From NCBI GenBank assembly GCA_965223425.1, contig OZ245003.1:2144001-2208000 (forward strand): a stretch of DNA of 64,000 nucleotides. The letters are read 5' to 3'. Source of the DNA: Nitrosopumilus sp. (lineage in GTDB: Archaea; Thermoproteota; Nitrososphaeria; Nitrososphaerales; Nitrosopumilaceae). The position numbers and the translations under genes are program-made. Of this stretch, positions 18,075-29,064 are shown one piece after another (position 1 is the stretch's first letter; each line of letters begins with the position of its first letter). Under the pieces are notes generated by a model. That model was not told the DNA's origin. It saw only the letters and a program-made list of their open reading frames with translations, and searched no databases.

Positions 18075-20168
18075 ATGCGACTAAGGAAATTCAGAGTGAG
18101 TGCATATCGTTGCATTCATGATTCTGGAGAGATTACAGTTGGAGATTTAGCAGCTTTTGTTGGAAGGAACGAAAGTGGGAAAACCACTATTCTTCAAGCA
18201 TTGACTTTGTTGAATAAAGACGAACAAATTTCAGAATTAGATCTTTGTGATGAAATGAATGAGGAATTAAAAGATGAGATGAAATTAGCAGAGGGGGAGT
18301 TTGAATTCAACCAACATGAAATTAGTCTATTAAAAGAAAAATTTCCAAGTTTGCCAGAAATTAAAAAAATCAAATTATTTAGAACAAATCGAAAACCAAA
18401 AGTTCAATACGAATTTGAAGGCATAGAACTTGGTGAAGCAGAAGACAAAGGACTCAATTCGTGGGAAAATTTCTCAAAACAAATTCTTGGATTTTTAAAT
18501 ACACTGCCAAATCACATCAGAATACAAATTGATACAAAATTCTTTGAAGGATCAGGACCAAAGAATCAAGAAACATTTGATGGTGGAATGGCAGAATTTA
18601 GTAATCAATTTCATGTTATAGCAATACAAGAACCAAAAGTAATTGAAGAGTGGGAAAAAATCTATGAAAGTCCTGAAAACCAATTCTCAAATCTTCTAAG
18701 TGGTGAAAGTGAAAAAACTGCCTTGCAAAATTACATAGAATCCGAATTACATCCAAGATTTGTCTATTTTTCAGATTACAAAAAAATCTACGGCAACATA
18801 AATCTCAATGAATATCAAAGGGAAGAAAAAGGAGAAAGAAAAGATTCAATTGAACTCGTTGAGGAGTTTGACAAGGCAGAGACGGTAAGAAATCTCTTTT
18901 ATCTGGCTGAATTAGATATGAAGGAGTTAGAGGAGGTAAAAAAAAGTCCCTCAAAATGCATCAAACTTCTCAATGCCGCAAGTAACAGGTTAACAAGTAA
19001 ACTAAACCCAGCATGGAAAGGAGATCCAATTCATGTAGATTTAAGGTACAATCCAGGAAACATTATGAGTGTTGTAATCTCAGATGTTCATAAAGATGGA
19101 ACAATTACAAATACTGGATTATTAAATAGAAGGGCAGAAGGTTTCAAGTGGACATTTTCTTTTATTGTAAACTTTGCAGCAGAAACACAAAGAGCAGAAT
19201 TAAAAGAAGCAATATTACTTTTAGACGAGCCTGCCAGAAATCTTCACCCTACACAACAAATGGGAATTTCGGATTTGTTGAAAAATTTGGCGGGTTCTAA
19301 TCAAGTTTTGTATGCAACACATTCACCATTTATGATCTTTGATTATACTCCTGGCAATCTACTTGTTGTAGAGTTGGATAAAAGAAAACATCTCAGTAGA
19401 ATATTTTATGATTATTGGAATGCAGATGACAAAACATTGACACCAATTTTGTATGGATTATCCAGAGGTCAAGTTGAATCCATCGTAGATAGAGAAATAG
19501 GAACAAATTCCAGACCGATAATTATTGTAGAGACAATGTCTGATGCAATGTATCTCAATGCATTTGATAAATTCTTACAGGATCCTAACATCTCAATGAA
19601 TCCACTAAATGTTGTTGCCGCATATAACAAAAATTCAGTTTTACCATTAGCGATATTTTATAGAAATCATGGATACAAGACGTTTGTCTTATTAGATAAT
19701 TCTGAAGAATCAAAGCAGATTTCTGCCCAATTAGTATCAAATGAATTTTCATCAGTTCAAACTATCTTTTTTGAAAGAGAAGGAAAAAAGCTAGAATCAA
19801 TTGAGGATTACATTGTTCCTGATGATTATTTACATGTGGTAAATCAGACTTATGAAATAAAGTTAAGAGATGAAGGATTTTTGAATCTCACTTCTCAGGA
19901 TGTGGCCTCCAAGGAAAGTAAGGGAATCTTGAATAAATTAAGAAAAATATGGCAAGAACATAGAGACGATGACTGGGGAGAATTTGACAATGAAGAGATT
20001 ACCAGATACATATGTGAGAAAATTACACTTGAGGAGACTGGTTTCCTATCAGACAAAACAAAAGATCAATTCAGATCATTGTATAGATTAATTGCTGAAA
20101 GAATCAGACAATATCAAAATGTAGCTACAAAACCAGATTTAGATAAATTTCAAAAGGCCAAGGCTTAA
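18075..20168 (+). CDS. OLD-family-like ATPase with TOPRIM-like C-domain
   Basis: GRNESGKT, LLLDEP..LHP, ATHSPF, IIVE..SD, VLLDN, IEDY. Confidence 0.8.
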   Translation: MRLRKFRVSAYRCIHDSGEITVGDLAAFVGRNESGKTTILQALTLLNKDEQISELDLCDEMNEELKDEMKLAEGEFEFNQHEISLLKEKFPSLPEIKKIKLFRTNRKPKVQYEFEGIELGEAEDKGLNSWENFSKQILGFLNTLPNHIRIQIDTKFFEGSGPKNQETFDGGMAEFSNQFHVIAIQEPKVIEEWEKIYESPENQFSNLLSGESEKTALQNYIESELHPRFVYFSDYKKIYGNINLNEYQREEKGERKDSIELVEEFDKAETVRNLFYLAELDMKELEEVKKSPSKCIKLLNAASNRLTSKLNPAWKGDPIHVDLRYNPGNIMSVVISDVHKDGTITNTGLLNRRAEGFKWTFSFIVNFAAETQRAELKEAILLLDEPARNLHPTQQMGISDLLKNLAGSNQVLYATHSPFMIFDYTPGNLLVVELDKRKHLSRIFYDYWNADDKTLTPILYGLSRGQVESIVDREIGTNSRPIIIVETMSDAMYLNAFDKFLQDPNISMNPLNVVAAYNKNSVLPLAIFYRNHGYKTFVLLDNSEESKQISAQLVSNEFSSVQTIFFEREGKKLESIEDYIVPDDYLHVVNQTYEIKLRDEGFLNLTSQDVASKESKGILNKLRKIWQEHRDDDWGEFDNEEITRYICEKITLEETGFLSDKTKDQFRSLYRLIAERIRQYQNVATKPDLDKFQKAKA

Positions 20169-20247
20169 GATTTAAGAAGGTTTCTCATGAAAAATACTAA
20201 AATAAAAAATAGAAAAGTAGGAAAAATTCTTTAGGTTTAAGTGAGAG

Positions 20248-22416
20248 ATGAGAAGTCCGAATTATATGAACAAATCCTCGATGAGAGGAATTTTCCTTTC
20301 AACTACGTTGTTATTTTCAATAACACTTGCCACAATTCCAGCAATTGTGTATGCAGAAGAGATTAAGGTGACAAGTTTTGCACTTGAAGAAACAACAATT
20401 ATTGAAGTAACAAATGATTCAAATGAAGAAGTCAACACATTTAGAATTTGGCTTGGAAGTGGCTTTAGTTTTGAATCATTTAAAACAGAAAAAGATTGGA
20501 TGGGAGAAAAAACCCCACAAGGAGTTATAATTTTCACTACATCAGAAACAATAAACCCAGGGGAATCTGTAAAGTTTGGTGTTAAAACTGATAAAGAAAA
20601 ACCTGGAATTAATTGGAAGGCATTAGATAAAGAAGATAAACAAATGGATACAGGTAAAGTGTTACCAGAAGAACTATCAGATGTAATCCAAGACAATAAA
20701 CCCAAACCAGATCAAAATACAGGAAATACTGACAAAAGCATGTCTGCAGAATCATTCTTTAGAATAATTCCAGAAAAACCAAACGTGGGTTCGTCAATTA
20801 GAGTTACAGGAGATAATTTTGGCACATCACAAGAATTTGATTTTTATATTGATTCAAAAAAAATCGGTAGTTTTGAAACAGATGAAAATGGTCATTTTAT
20901 GACTACAATGAAAATTCCCGACGATCAAAAAGCAGATAGGGTGGATTTTAAAGTTAAAGACAAAGAAGGCGAAGAAAAAAAGATCAGTCTTAGAATAGTA
21001 GAAATAGAAAACAGAATTCCAGACTCAGATATTGTTAAACTTACAATTGAAGGAATTCCAGAGGTAGTACACAGAGGAGACGTTTTAGAGATTTTTGGAA
21101 CTGGACAACCCAACAGCGCAATTACTGTAGAAATAACTGCACCAAAAGGGGGAGTTATCAACGCAAGAACAGCAGAGATAGACTCTAAGGGGAATTGGAA
21201 ATTAGACAAGCCAATCATTGTAGTATTAGATGCCGCATTAGGAAAATACAGCGCAACGGTTACTGATGGAAGAGAAAATGTGTTAAAACATTGGACGGTA
21301 GAATCAGACAAAGTAATTATCATGGCTCCAACTAGTTTGAAATTTGAACCAGGTGAAACTATGAAATTTAACGGAACAGCATTACCAAACAAATCAATTG
21401 AATTGGCAATAGAAGATCCTCTTGGAAAAGAAATTTTTTCAGACATTGTTCAAACTGATAATTCTGGTTTTGTAGAGTTTGAATTCCCAACATCTCAAAG
21501 TACAACAGAAGGAACATACACATTAATTGCAACACAAGAAAAAGAAATAGAGTTCATATTTGCAGGACTGGGAGAGTTACCATCAATTCCAGTTAACTTG
21601 GAATTTGACAAGTTGAATTACGACAGTGGAGAAACAGCTGTAATTTCACTTACAGGAACAGGATCAGATGTTGTTAGCTTATTATTTGTAAATCCTGGCG
21701 ATAAACCGATAGGAGAAGCAATATCCATCACGTTACAACCAGATGGCAGGGGAACATATTCTCTTGATCTGACAGGATATTCGTCTGGAGTATATACAGC
21801 TGTAATTAGCAAAGGAAGTACACAAAACTCAGAATTCTTCGCAATAGGTTTGCGTACAGATTCAGACAACATTGACATCAACACTACGAAACTTGATTAT
21901 CTACCTGGTGATTCTGTTTTGATTTTAGGAAAAACCACCGATGAAAATGTTCTACTTACTGTTACCTTGATTAATCCTGAAGGAAAAGAGATTAGGATAA
22001 AAGAAACTTTCTCAGATGAAAATAAAAAGATATCAGAAGACACTTTTAGAATTCCAAGTGATGGAATTAGTGGAACATGGATAATTAACGCAAAAAGTGG
22101 AGCAATCTTTGATAATGTAGAAATTGAAGTTTTAGCAACGCTATCAGAGGGAATGCAAATAACAGTTGAAGAGGGAGCAAATATTCCAGGATCTGGACAA
22201 ATTATTACAATTAAAGTAATTGGGGCTAAACAAACGGTAGGCATTGAAATAACATCTGCAGATAATGAAATTATAGAAACTTTGTCATTTCCAGCATCAG
22301 CTCAAGGGGAAATTAATCTGCCATGGATAATTCCTAAAAACACAGAACCAGGAACTTATACAGTTAGAGCATCAGATGCATTTGATTCTGCAGAGACCAC
22401 GTACGAGTTACAATAA
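20248..22416 (+). CDS. Secreted multi-Ig-like-domain surface protein
   Basis: Signal peptide; repeated beta-rich GxY domains. Confidence 0.75.
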   Translation: MRSPNYMNKSSMRGIFLSTTLLFSITLATIPAIVYAEEIKVTSFALEETTIIEVTNDSNEEVNTFRIWLGSGFSFESFKTEKDWMGEKTPQGVIIFTTSETINPGESVKFGVKTDKEKPGINWKALDKEDKQMDTGKVLPEELSDVIQDNKPKPDQNTGNTDKSMSAESFFRIIPEKPNVGSSIRVTGDNFGTSQEFDFYIDSKKIGSFETDENGHFMTTMKIPDDQKADRVDFKVKDKEGEEKKISLRIVEIENRIPDSDIVKLTIEGIPEVVHRGDVLEIFGTGQPNSAITVEITAPKGGVINARTAEIDSKGNWKLDKPIIVVLDAALGKYSATVTDGRENVLKHWTVESDKVIIMAPTSLKFEPGETMKFNGTALPNKSIELAIEDPLGKEIFSDIVQTDNSGFVEFEFPTSQSTTEGTYTLIATQEKEIEFIFAGLGELPSIPVNLEFDKLNYDSGETAVISLTGTGSDVVSLLFVNPGDKPIGEAISITLQPDGRGTYSLDLTGYSSGVYTAVISKGSTQNSEFFAIGLRTDSDNIDINTTKLDYLPGDSVLILGKTTDENVLLTVTLINPEGKEIRIKETFSDENKKISEDTFRIPSDGISGTWIINAKSGAIFDNVEIEVLATLSEGMQITVEEGANIPGSGQIITIKVIGAKQTVGIEITSADNEIIETLSFPASAQGEINLPWIIPKNTEPGTYTVRASDAFDSAETTYELQ

Positions 22417-22455
22417 TTTTAAACAATTTTATTTTACCAAAAAACCCCAATTCAC

Positions 22456-22968
22456 ATGAATCTTCGAGAAAAAATTACAGAACATCCCAATTTTCCTAAA
22501 AAAGGTGTTTTATTTAGAGACTTTGGCCCAATTTTGAAAGATCCGGCATCCTTGTCTTTAATGGCAGAAGAATTTTCAAAACATTTTCATCCAAAAGATA
22601 TCGATTTGTTTGCTGGAATTGAGTCAAGGGGATTCATTCTTGCTTCTGTTCTAGCAGTGAAATACAACAAAGGCATGATAATGATTAGAAAAGCAGGGAA
22701 AGTGCCTGGAAAAACGGTAAAATTGTCATATACAACTGAATACGGAAAAGACACAATAGAAATTCAAAAAGATGTTATCAAAAAAGGACAAAGAATACTC
22801 ATTTGTGATGACTTGCTTGCAACAGGAGGTACGGCAAAGGCATCTGCAAGACTAATTGAAAAAATAGGAGGGAAAATTTCAGGCTTTGCATTCATTGTAG
22901 AACTAACAGATCTAAATGGAATGAAAGGAATAAGCAAGTATGACTGTAAATCACTGGTGAAATATTAG
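22456..22968 (+). CDS. apt: Adenine phosphoribosyltransferase
   Basis: [16 protein letters not shown]. Confidence 0.95.
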   Translation: MNLREKITEHPNFPKKGVLFRDFGPILKDPASLSLMAEEFSKHFHPKDIDLFAGIESRGFILASVLAVKYNKGMIMIRKAGKVPGKTVKLSYTTEYGKDTIEIQKDVIKKGQRILICDDLLATGGTAKASARLIEKIGGKISGFAFIVELTDLNGMKGISKYDCKSLVKY

Positions 22969-23759
22969 TGGAAAAAGATGTGGAAATTGGTATTTTTGGA
23001 GGAACGGGAATTTACGATTCAGGTTTGCTAGAAAGCGCACAAGAAATTGATATTGATACCCCTTATGGCAAACCATCAGACACCATAACAGTAGGAGTGT
23101 TCAAAGAAAGAAAAATTGCTTTTCTTCCAAGACATGGAAAAAAACACGCTATTCCACCGCATATGATTAATTTCAAGGCAAATATTTGGGCATTTAAAGA
23201 ACTGGGGGTCACAAGAATCATAGCACCATCTGCAGTTGGAAGCCTAAAAGAAGAGTTAGAACCCGGACATTTTGCATTACCATCACAATTCATAGACTTT
23301 ACTAAATCAAGAGAGGGCTCATTTTCAAAAAATGGAAGAGTCATTCATATTTCAGTGGCTGATCCCTTTTGTCCAGAGTTACAATCATCAATTCTTCAAG
23401 TTGCAGGCAGCCAAGGTTTGAGAATGCACAAAGACTGCACTTATGCCTGTATAGAGGGGCCGCGATTTTCAACTAAAGCAGAGTCAAAATTCTATAGAAC
23501 GACAGGTGCAGACATTATTGGAATGACGCTTGTTCCAGAATGCCAATTAGCAAGAGAGGCACAAATGTGCTATGCATCAATTTCAACAGTCACAGATTAT
23601 GATGTTTGGGCTGAAAAACCTGTTACAGCTAAAGAAGTTTTAGAAACGCTTTCAAAAAATGTAGAAAGAACAAAGAAGGTATTAACAGAGTTAATTGAGA
23701 AAATTCCTAAAACTAAAAGTTGTTCTTGTGCCAAGGCATTAGAGGAAGCAGAATTTTAA
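22968..23759 (+). CDS. mtnP: Methylthioadenosine phosphorylase
   Basis: GIFGGTG, PRHG, EGPRFST.AES, TDYD. Confidence 0.95.
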   Translation: MEKDVEIGIFGGTGIYDSGLLESAQEIDIDTPYGKPSDTITVGVFKERKIAFLPRHGKKHAIPPHMINFKANIWAFKELGVTRIIAPSAVGSLKEELEPGHFALPSQFIDFTKSREGSFSKNGRVIHISVADPFCPELQSSILQVAGSQGLRMHKDCTYACIEGPRFSTKAESKFYRTTGADIIGMTLVPECQLAREAQMCYASISTVTDYDVWAEKPVTAKEVLETLSKNVERTKKVLTELIEKIPKTKSCSCAKALEEAEF

Positions 23760-24040
23760 TCATCTACAAAAGATTCTTTTTTTAGCCCTTCTGGAAGGGT
23801 TAAATCTCCCTGAAGCAGATTTTTCTGAAGTAACATAATTACCTCTTTAACATCATATCCTAATTTTTCCAACTCTTTTTCAGTAGTTTTAGAGATTTTT
23901 GCACCAACATTTTGTCCGCCGATTCTTCCAAATGCAATCGCAGTAAAACGAAATTCATTATTATCGATTGTGAAACTGCCGGTAATTTTTGCAGCCATTT
24001 GGCTTCCATAAATATTATTAATGTGAACTTTGAGATCCAT
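23756..24040 (-). CDS. Hypothetical protein
   Basis: 94-aa ORF in tightly packed operon. Confidence 0.75.
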   Translation of the reverse strand: MDLKVHINNIYGSQMAAKITGSFTIDNNEFRFTAIAFGRIGGQNVGAKISKTTEKELEKLGYDVKEVIMLLQKNLLQGDLTLPEGLKKESFVDD

Positions 24041-24048
24041 CTTAAAAA

Positions 24049-24447
24049 CTAAATTTCTACAGCCTTGTTAACGTTATCATCAATTAAAAAGCTCCAATGC
24101 TTTTCATCTTCAACCTTGAAATCCTTAACTGCAAGGGGAATCACCTGTTCATCTAAACATTCGTGTTTTATTTCACCGGTTTCTTTTATTTTGACTAATT
24201 TCCACTTGTATTTCCCTTGTTGTAATTTACACACTGTAACTGCCCATTTTGCATCAGGATCAATTTTTGGCATTCCTACTAAATCGGCTACTTCTTCAAT
24301 TCCGAGTTGTTTTTCTTCGCAGAATCGCTTCTTACAAATACCGCACCTCCATACATCAACAGAACCAATTGTTCTCCCATCTATGTTGATGTTTACTACC
24401 CCATAGTAGACTGGCTGATGTTTACAAGTTTCAGTGTCAATACTCAA
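24049..24447 (-). CDS. Hypothetical protein (CxxC)
   Basis: 132-aa ORF in operon. Confidence 0.75.
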   Translation of the reverse strand: MSIDTETCKHQPVYYGVVNINIDGRTIGSVDVWRCGICKKRFCEEKQLGIEEVADLVGMPKIDPDAKWAVTVCKLQQGKYKWKLVKIKETGEIKHECLDEQVIPLAVKDFKVEDEKHWSFLIDDNVNKAVEI

Positions 24448-24469
24448 TGGTGTTCACCAATCATCAACA

Positions 24470-24826
24470 TTATTTAGTTCTTGCATCATCATAGGGCTTT
24501 TCTAAAATCATCCCTATACTATCAACAGTTTTGTTTCGTTTGAATTCAATATTTTCACGCTCACACATTTTTCTGTACATGTTGACTGCTGTAAATCTTG
24601 GATGCATTGCCTCAAACTCGGTTTCAGAAATATCTATGAATGCGCCAAGAGTGACTAATTCTTTGGCTGTTTTTTGAACATCATTCAAGGAGATCTTTAA
24701 TTTCTCTGCAATTTCTGATAAAGCCATTTTTCCATAACATGTAACTAACAAATACATTTTAGCCTGAATAGGTTCTAACCTAATTTCAGAAACTAGATCA
24801 TTTTCAATTTTAGAGGCATCAGACAT
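24470..24826 (-). CDS. TrmB-like HTH protein
   Basis: QAKMYLLV..G.M..SEIAEKL...LV..G. Confidence 0.7.
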   Translation of the reverse strand: MSDASKIENDLVSEIRLEPIQAKMYLLVTCYGKMALSEIAEKLKISLNDVQKTAKELVTLGAFIDISETEFEAMHPRFTAVNMYRKMCERENIEFKRNKTVDSIGMILEKPYDDARTK

Positions 24827-25054
24827 TAGCTAAATTTTGAAAAATGGTAATAAAAACCAAATATACTTGCGGCAATCTGACTCAAAAATGTGTGCTTGAA
24901 ATTATCTTAAGATATACTGGTAGGGTATGACGCGCATGTCGGGACTGCCGTAATCCTGTTATTTCTTCTGGGCCTAATTGGATTCAATGGCCAATATTGA
25001 ATCAAAGTATTATTTGTTAAGTAACATTCTCCAAAGTTCAAAGATACTTTATAT

Positions 25055-25537
25055 TTGGTAAACATAGATTTTTACTGTTTGGCAAGTTATAAAGGAACGT
25101 ATTCAAATGAACAGTCATTAAATTTTGTAATACCAATTATTGTAATTCTATTTTTAGGAATAATCTACATCATGACACAGAGAGTAGATGCAGGTTTTGT
25201 GAGTTTTATCTTAATTGGCGCAGCTGCATTAACAATGTTTTACTGGGTTAGAATTCTAAAGAAAATGGCAAAGGACCATAAACCACTTTACACTAAAGCC
25301 AGAGAACAAGAAACAAAGAACTGGGTATATGATCTGATTAAAGGAGAGAAAGAATTCGTTTTCGTAGCAGAAGTACCAGGTCCTGAAGATAAAATAGCAG
25401 TCAGATTGGTAGATGGGATATTATACATACGTGGAACCGCAGGATTTTCAAAAGAAGTTCCAATTGAAGGTGCAAATGACATGCAAATATTTGACTTCAA
25501 ATACAGAAATGGTGTCTTGACACTTAGAATAAAATAG
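25055..25537 (+). CDS. Membrane-anchored Hsp20-like protein
   Basis: Two TM segments followed by VAEVPG...YRNGVL alpha-crystallin-like domain; start uncertain. Confidence 0.75.
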   Translation: MVNIDFYCLASYKGTYSNEQSLNFVIPIIVILFLGIIYIMTQRVDAGFVSFILIGAAALTMFYWVRILKKMAKDHKPLYTKAREQETKNWVYDLIKGEKEFVFVAEVPGPEDKIAVRLVDGILYIRGTAGFSKEVPIEGANDMQIFDFKYRNGVLTLRIK

Positions 25538-26644
25538 TCAGAGGCTTTTTGCCAGTTCTAATTTTTGTGGTAAATATTTGTCAGTGATGTTAGTAAGACC
25601 ATATTTTGAGAAAGCCTCCAATTCTGCTTTTCTTTTAATTCTCAAAAACACATCTAGCTCTTTTTTCCATATTCCTGACTCGTATCTTGGATCTTTTTGA
25701 AGATCATAGCATCTCTTAATATCAGATTCAGTCATAGGAATTGTCGGCAGCTTAAATTTTTCAATATCAGTAGCCCAAACTCCAACCCATTTTGCATCAG
25801 GAACAGTCAGTTCCCTTAAGTGAGCTGCATTGGCTGAACCAGATTTGATAACCATAGCGATGTGTTCTCCATACACATCACCATCAGTAAGTACGATAAC
25901 AGGCAATCCCATTTCATCATGAAGTCTCTTTAGCAGAGTTCTAGTGGAGCGAGGGGCTTGTCCTCCCGTATTGATGATTATAGATTTGAATTTTTTATCA
26001 ATTTGTTCTTCAACAAATCTTGTAAAAAGACCACCCTTTTCAATAGCAATTACAATTTCAGCACTAGTGTCAACAAGTTCTGCAGTAGTTAGACTAGGAC
26101 CAATAGAATACCCATCAGGATGGTTAGATAGATTCATTGATTTGCCTTCATATCCAGGAATGGTATATTCCACATTCAAATCACCAAAGATTGAGCTTCT
26201 CTCTTCAGGAAATATGTGAAAATCTTCTCTAGGTTTAGATGTGACAGCCTCTAAATCCACGATAATGTTATCGGATTCTGCTTGATCTTCAAATTCTATA
26301 GCAAATGCTTGTGATGAATAGTAGACATCTCTTAAGGTGGATGATTTTTTCTCTTGGGTTAATCTATTTGCAAAAAATGCCAACCACATTAATTGTGTAA
26401 AGGATCTTAGTTGGGAGGAATTTCTTGTGCTTCGTAAAGCAGAATTGCTGCCAAGGATGTATTGCCTAAGCTTTTTATCATAAACTATGTTACTTACAGA
26501 TCTACTAGGTATTGAAAACTTTGGAAACTGCCCACTATCTAAATCATCATATATTTTTGCTCCATGGCTCTTAAGCATCTCAAGAACACTTTTTTGTTTT
26601 TCTTTGGCTTTCTTGCTTAATTCTTTTGATTTATTGGTTTTCAA
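25538..26644 (-). CDS. top6A: DNA topoisomerase VI subunit A
   Basis: TLRDVYY, IEK, TDGDVYG, KAELEA; probable TTG start at 26644. Confidence 0.96.
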   Translation of the reverse strand: MKTNKSKELSKKAKEKQKSVLEMLKSHGAKIYDDLDSGQFPKFSIPSRSVSNIVYDKKLRQYILGSNSALRSTRNSSQLRSFTQLMWLAFFANRLTQEKKSSTLRDVYYSSQAFAIEFEDQAESDNIIVDLEAVTSKPREDFHIFPEERSSIFGDLNVEYTIPGYEGKSMNLSNHPDGYSIGPSLTTAELVDTSAEIVIAIEKGGLFTRFVEEQIDKKFKSIIINTGGQAPRSTRTLLKRLHDEMGLPVIVLTDGDVYGEHIAMVIKSGSANAAHLRELTVPDAKWVGVWATDIEKFKLPTIPMTESDIKRCYDLQKDPRYESGIWKKELDVFLRIKRKAELEAFSKYGLTNITDKYLPQKLELAKSL

Positions 26645-28505
26645 TTGGTTTTTCCTCCTCTGTGGGCTTTTGAGATTCAATTGTATTTTGTTCTTCCAAC
26701 ATCTTCTTGTAATTAGGCTCCTTTTTCTTATCAGCCAACTCTGTACAAAACGTGGCAATCATCGGAATATATTTTGCATAAAGATTAGCCCGCTTTTTTG
26801 CCATCTCAGCTTGTCCTCTTTTTGACATGTATGCTGCAAGTTTTCTTGATAAGAATTGTAATGCCAGTCTTAATTCTCGTTCTATTTCTTGTCGGTCGGC
26901 AACATTTTCTTTTCCGGCAGTTTTATACGGAATTCTAGTGGAACATATGTGCGACACAATAATGAATGGCGGATCACCTTTTATCTTGTATCTTCCCCAA
27001 TCAGTGTCATTTACAACTTTAAGAACAACGTCACTACCCTCATCATAGAGCAAGGGAATTCTATTGGCATATCTGTAAACATGCGGTCCGCCAGACTTTA
27101 TTTCACCACCATAGGCAATACCCATCTCAATTATGAATGGAAATCCGGAATAGGCAGAGGCAGGACGTTGAACTACAGCAGTAAAATCAGGATTAAAGAA
27201 TTTTTTAATGCCTTTCTCTAAAGGTGGTTCTCCTAATGGCGCAAGACAACTGGAGTCCGGTGCCATAAAATCATCAAATTTTTGGAGCGAGTCACTGAGA
27301 TTAACTAACTCCTGATTTGTCAAGGTGCCCATTCGTTTTTCAGGTTTGAACCCTGCAAATTCTGCAAATTTGACTGCAGTTGTAGGACCTACACGTTGAA
27401 ACCTCTTGGTCAAAAATGTAGTAAGAGGTTCTCCCTGAACAGTGTTAGTCAATTGTTTGTAATACTGACTTTCAGGATCCATATCAGCTGATTTGGATTG
27501 CGAGTCGCCAAAATCCCAGTAGAATAGTTTTTTGTTAGGTACATCAATGTCTTCGATTTTAATTTTGTTTAGTTTTTCAAAATCCATTTTTAGAAAAGAC
27601 ATCAGGGCAACAATTACCCGAACTTGACGTGAAAGATTTTTCCATTTTTTCCTTGCTTTTTCCATAATTACATTAAAACTAAGATTTTTCTTGGCCAATC
27701 CCAAATCCTTTCTAACTTTTTCAATCATAACATCATCAATATTTGGAATTTCAAATTGTGATTCAACTATCATTCTTCGTATTCGTTCAACATCAATACC
27801 ATGTGGATGAGGCCTAATTATTGTTGGAGGAGGGGGAATATTTTTTACAAACCTTGGATGATGAAATTTTTGTCCTTTAGGATCATCAAAAGTTATTGAC
27901 GCATAAGGGGTAATCAAAGAAGTTTCATATACATAATCTCGAATTTTGTTACCTGCTTTTGAATAATCACCTTCCAAACAAATACTTACAGAAAGACCTT
28001 TTTTTGAAATTTCTTTTGTGGTATGTTTTACAATTACAGGTTTATTTTTTTGAATATCAAGTAATACTTCAAACTGATCTTGGATTGCTCCGTCAGTAGA
28101 GCTTTTTACTGTGACAGGTTTGTTTGTTGTAATTTGACCATACAAAATTGCCATAGTTGCGCCAAGTCCAAACATGCCTCTAGCTTGTTTGAGGCCAAAT
28201 TTTGAACCATAAAGCACAGTTCCAAACGCAAGTGGGACATGTTTTGCATCCACACCAGGACCATTATCCTTAACTGTCAAGATATAGTGTTTGGGATCCG
28301 GTTTTTCAGGGTCAACGGCCTTGATTGTTAAATGAACGTCAGGGAGAATTCCCTTTTGATCACATGCGTCTAATGCATTTTCGACAAATTCTCTGACAGC
28401 AGTATAAAGAGAACGTGTAGGATTACTAAAACCTGCTAAATCACGATTACTGTAAAAGAATTCACTAGGGGATATTTGATTAAATTTTTCTTTTATAGAA
28501 GACAT
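26631..28505 (-). CDS. top6B: DNA topoisomerase VI subunit B
   Basis: EFVENALDA, DNGPG, YANRIPLLY. Confidence 0.96.
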   Translation of the reverse strand: MSSIKEKFNQISPSEFFYSNRDLAGFSNPTRSLYTAVREFVENALDACDQKGILPDVHLTIKAVDPEKPDPKHYILTVKDNGPGVDAKHVPLAFGTVLYGSKFGLKQARGMFGLGATMAILYGQITTNKPVTVKSSTDGAIQDQFEVLLDIQKNKPVIVKHTTKEISKKGLSVSICLEGDYSKAGNKIRDYVYETSLITPYASITFDDPKGQKFHHPRFVKNIPPPPTIIRPHPHGIDVERIRRMIVESQFEIPNIDDVMIEKVRKDLGLAKKNLSFNVIMEKARKKWKNLSRQVRVIVALMSFLKMDFEKLNKIKIEDIDVPNKKLFYWDFGDSQSKSADMDPESQYYKQLTNTVQGEPLTTFLTKRFQRVGPTTAVKFAEFAGFKPEKRMGTLTNQELVNLSDSLQKFDDFMAPDSSCLAPLGEPPLEKGIKKFFNPDFTAVVQRPASAYSGFPFIIEMGIAYGGEIKSGGPHVYRYANRIPLLYDEGSDVVLKVVNDTDWGRYKIKGDPPFIIVSHICSTRIPYKTAGKENVADRQEIERELRLALQFLSRKLAAYMSKRGQAEMAKKRANLYAKYIPMIATFCTELADKKKEPNYKKMLEEQNTIESQKPTEEEKPIENQ

Positions 28506-28506
28506 C

Positions 28507-29064
28507 TTAATCTTCCCACAATTTCATTTTTTCTTGTTTCTCTTTTCTATTTGCAGCTTCTAATTTACTATAAACTGCACCATGCATACTTCCATGTGAA
28601 ATAGACGATATTGCATCAACGGCTAACCGTAATTTACTTGCATCTCCAATAATTGAAACAGTTTTTCCATATACGGAGATATGGGTGCCACTTAGATTTT
28701 CCATGTTTTGTCTTGCTCTACCACCTTCTCCAATAATTCTCCCTTTTATCCTTTCAACATTTGCATTAGACTTTCCTGTAAATTCTCGAAGATCTATGAC
28801 GTGCAATGCATTTTCACTCTTTAGTAAAGTCATAGCATTTTCAGGTGAAAAACCTCTACCAATTGCTGTAACAATTTCCATGGCTTTGAATGGTTGAATC
28901 TTTTCAAGATCTCCATCAGATTTTATCAAGACTTCTCCTGTATCACCGTCGATATTCAAAGAAACATGACACAGCTTTTCAATTTTTAACTTGACATTAC
29001 CTGATTTTCCAATCAAAACTGCTATTCTATCATTTGGGATACGAATTTGTTTTTGAAAACTCAT
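28507..29064 (-). CDS. KH-domain ribosome biogenesis protein (Dim2/Pno1)
   Basis: LIGKSG, AIGRGFSPE, GRIIGEGG. Confidence 0.9.
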   Translation of the reverse strand: MSFQKQIRIPNDRIAVLIGKSGNVKLKIEKLCHVSLNIDGDTGEVLIKSDGDLEKIQPFKAMEIVTAIGRGFSPENAMTLLKSENALHVIDLREFTGKSNANVERIKGRIIGEGGRARQNMENLSGTHISVYGKTVSIIGDASKLRLAVDAISSISHGSMHGAVYSKLEAANRKEKQEKMKLWED

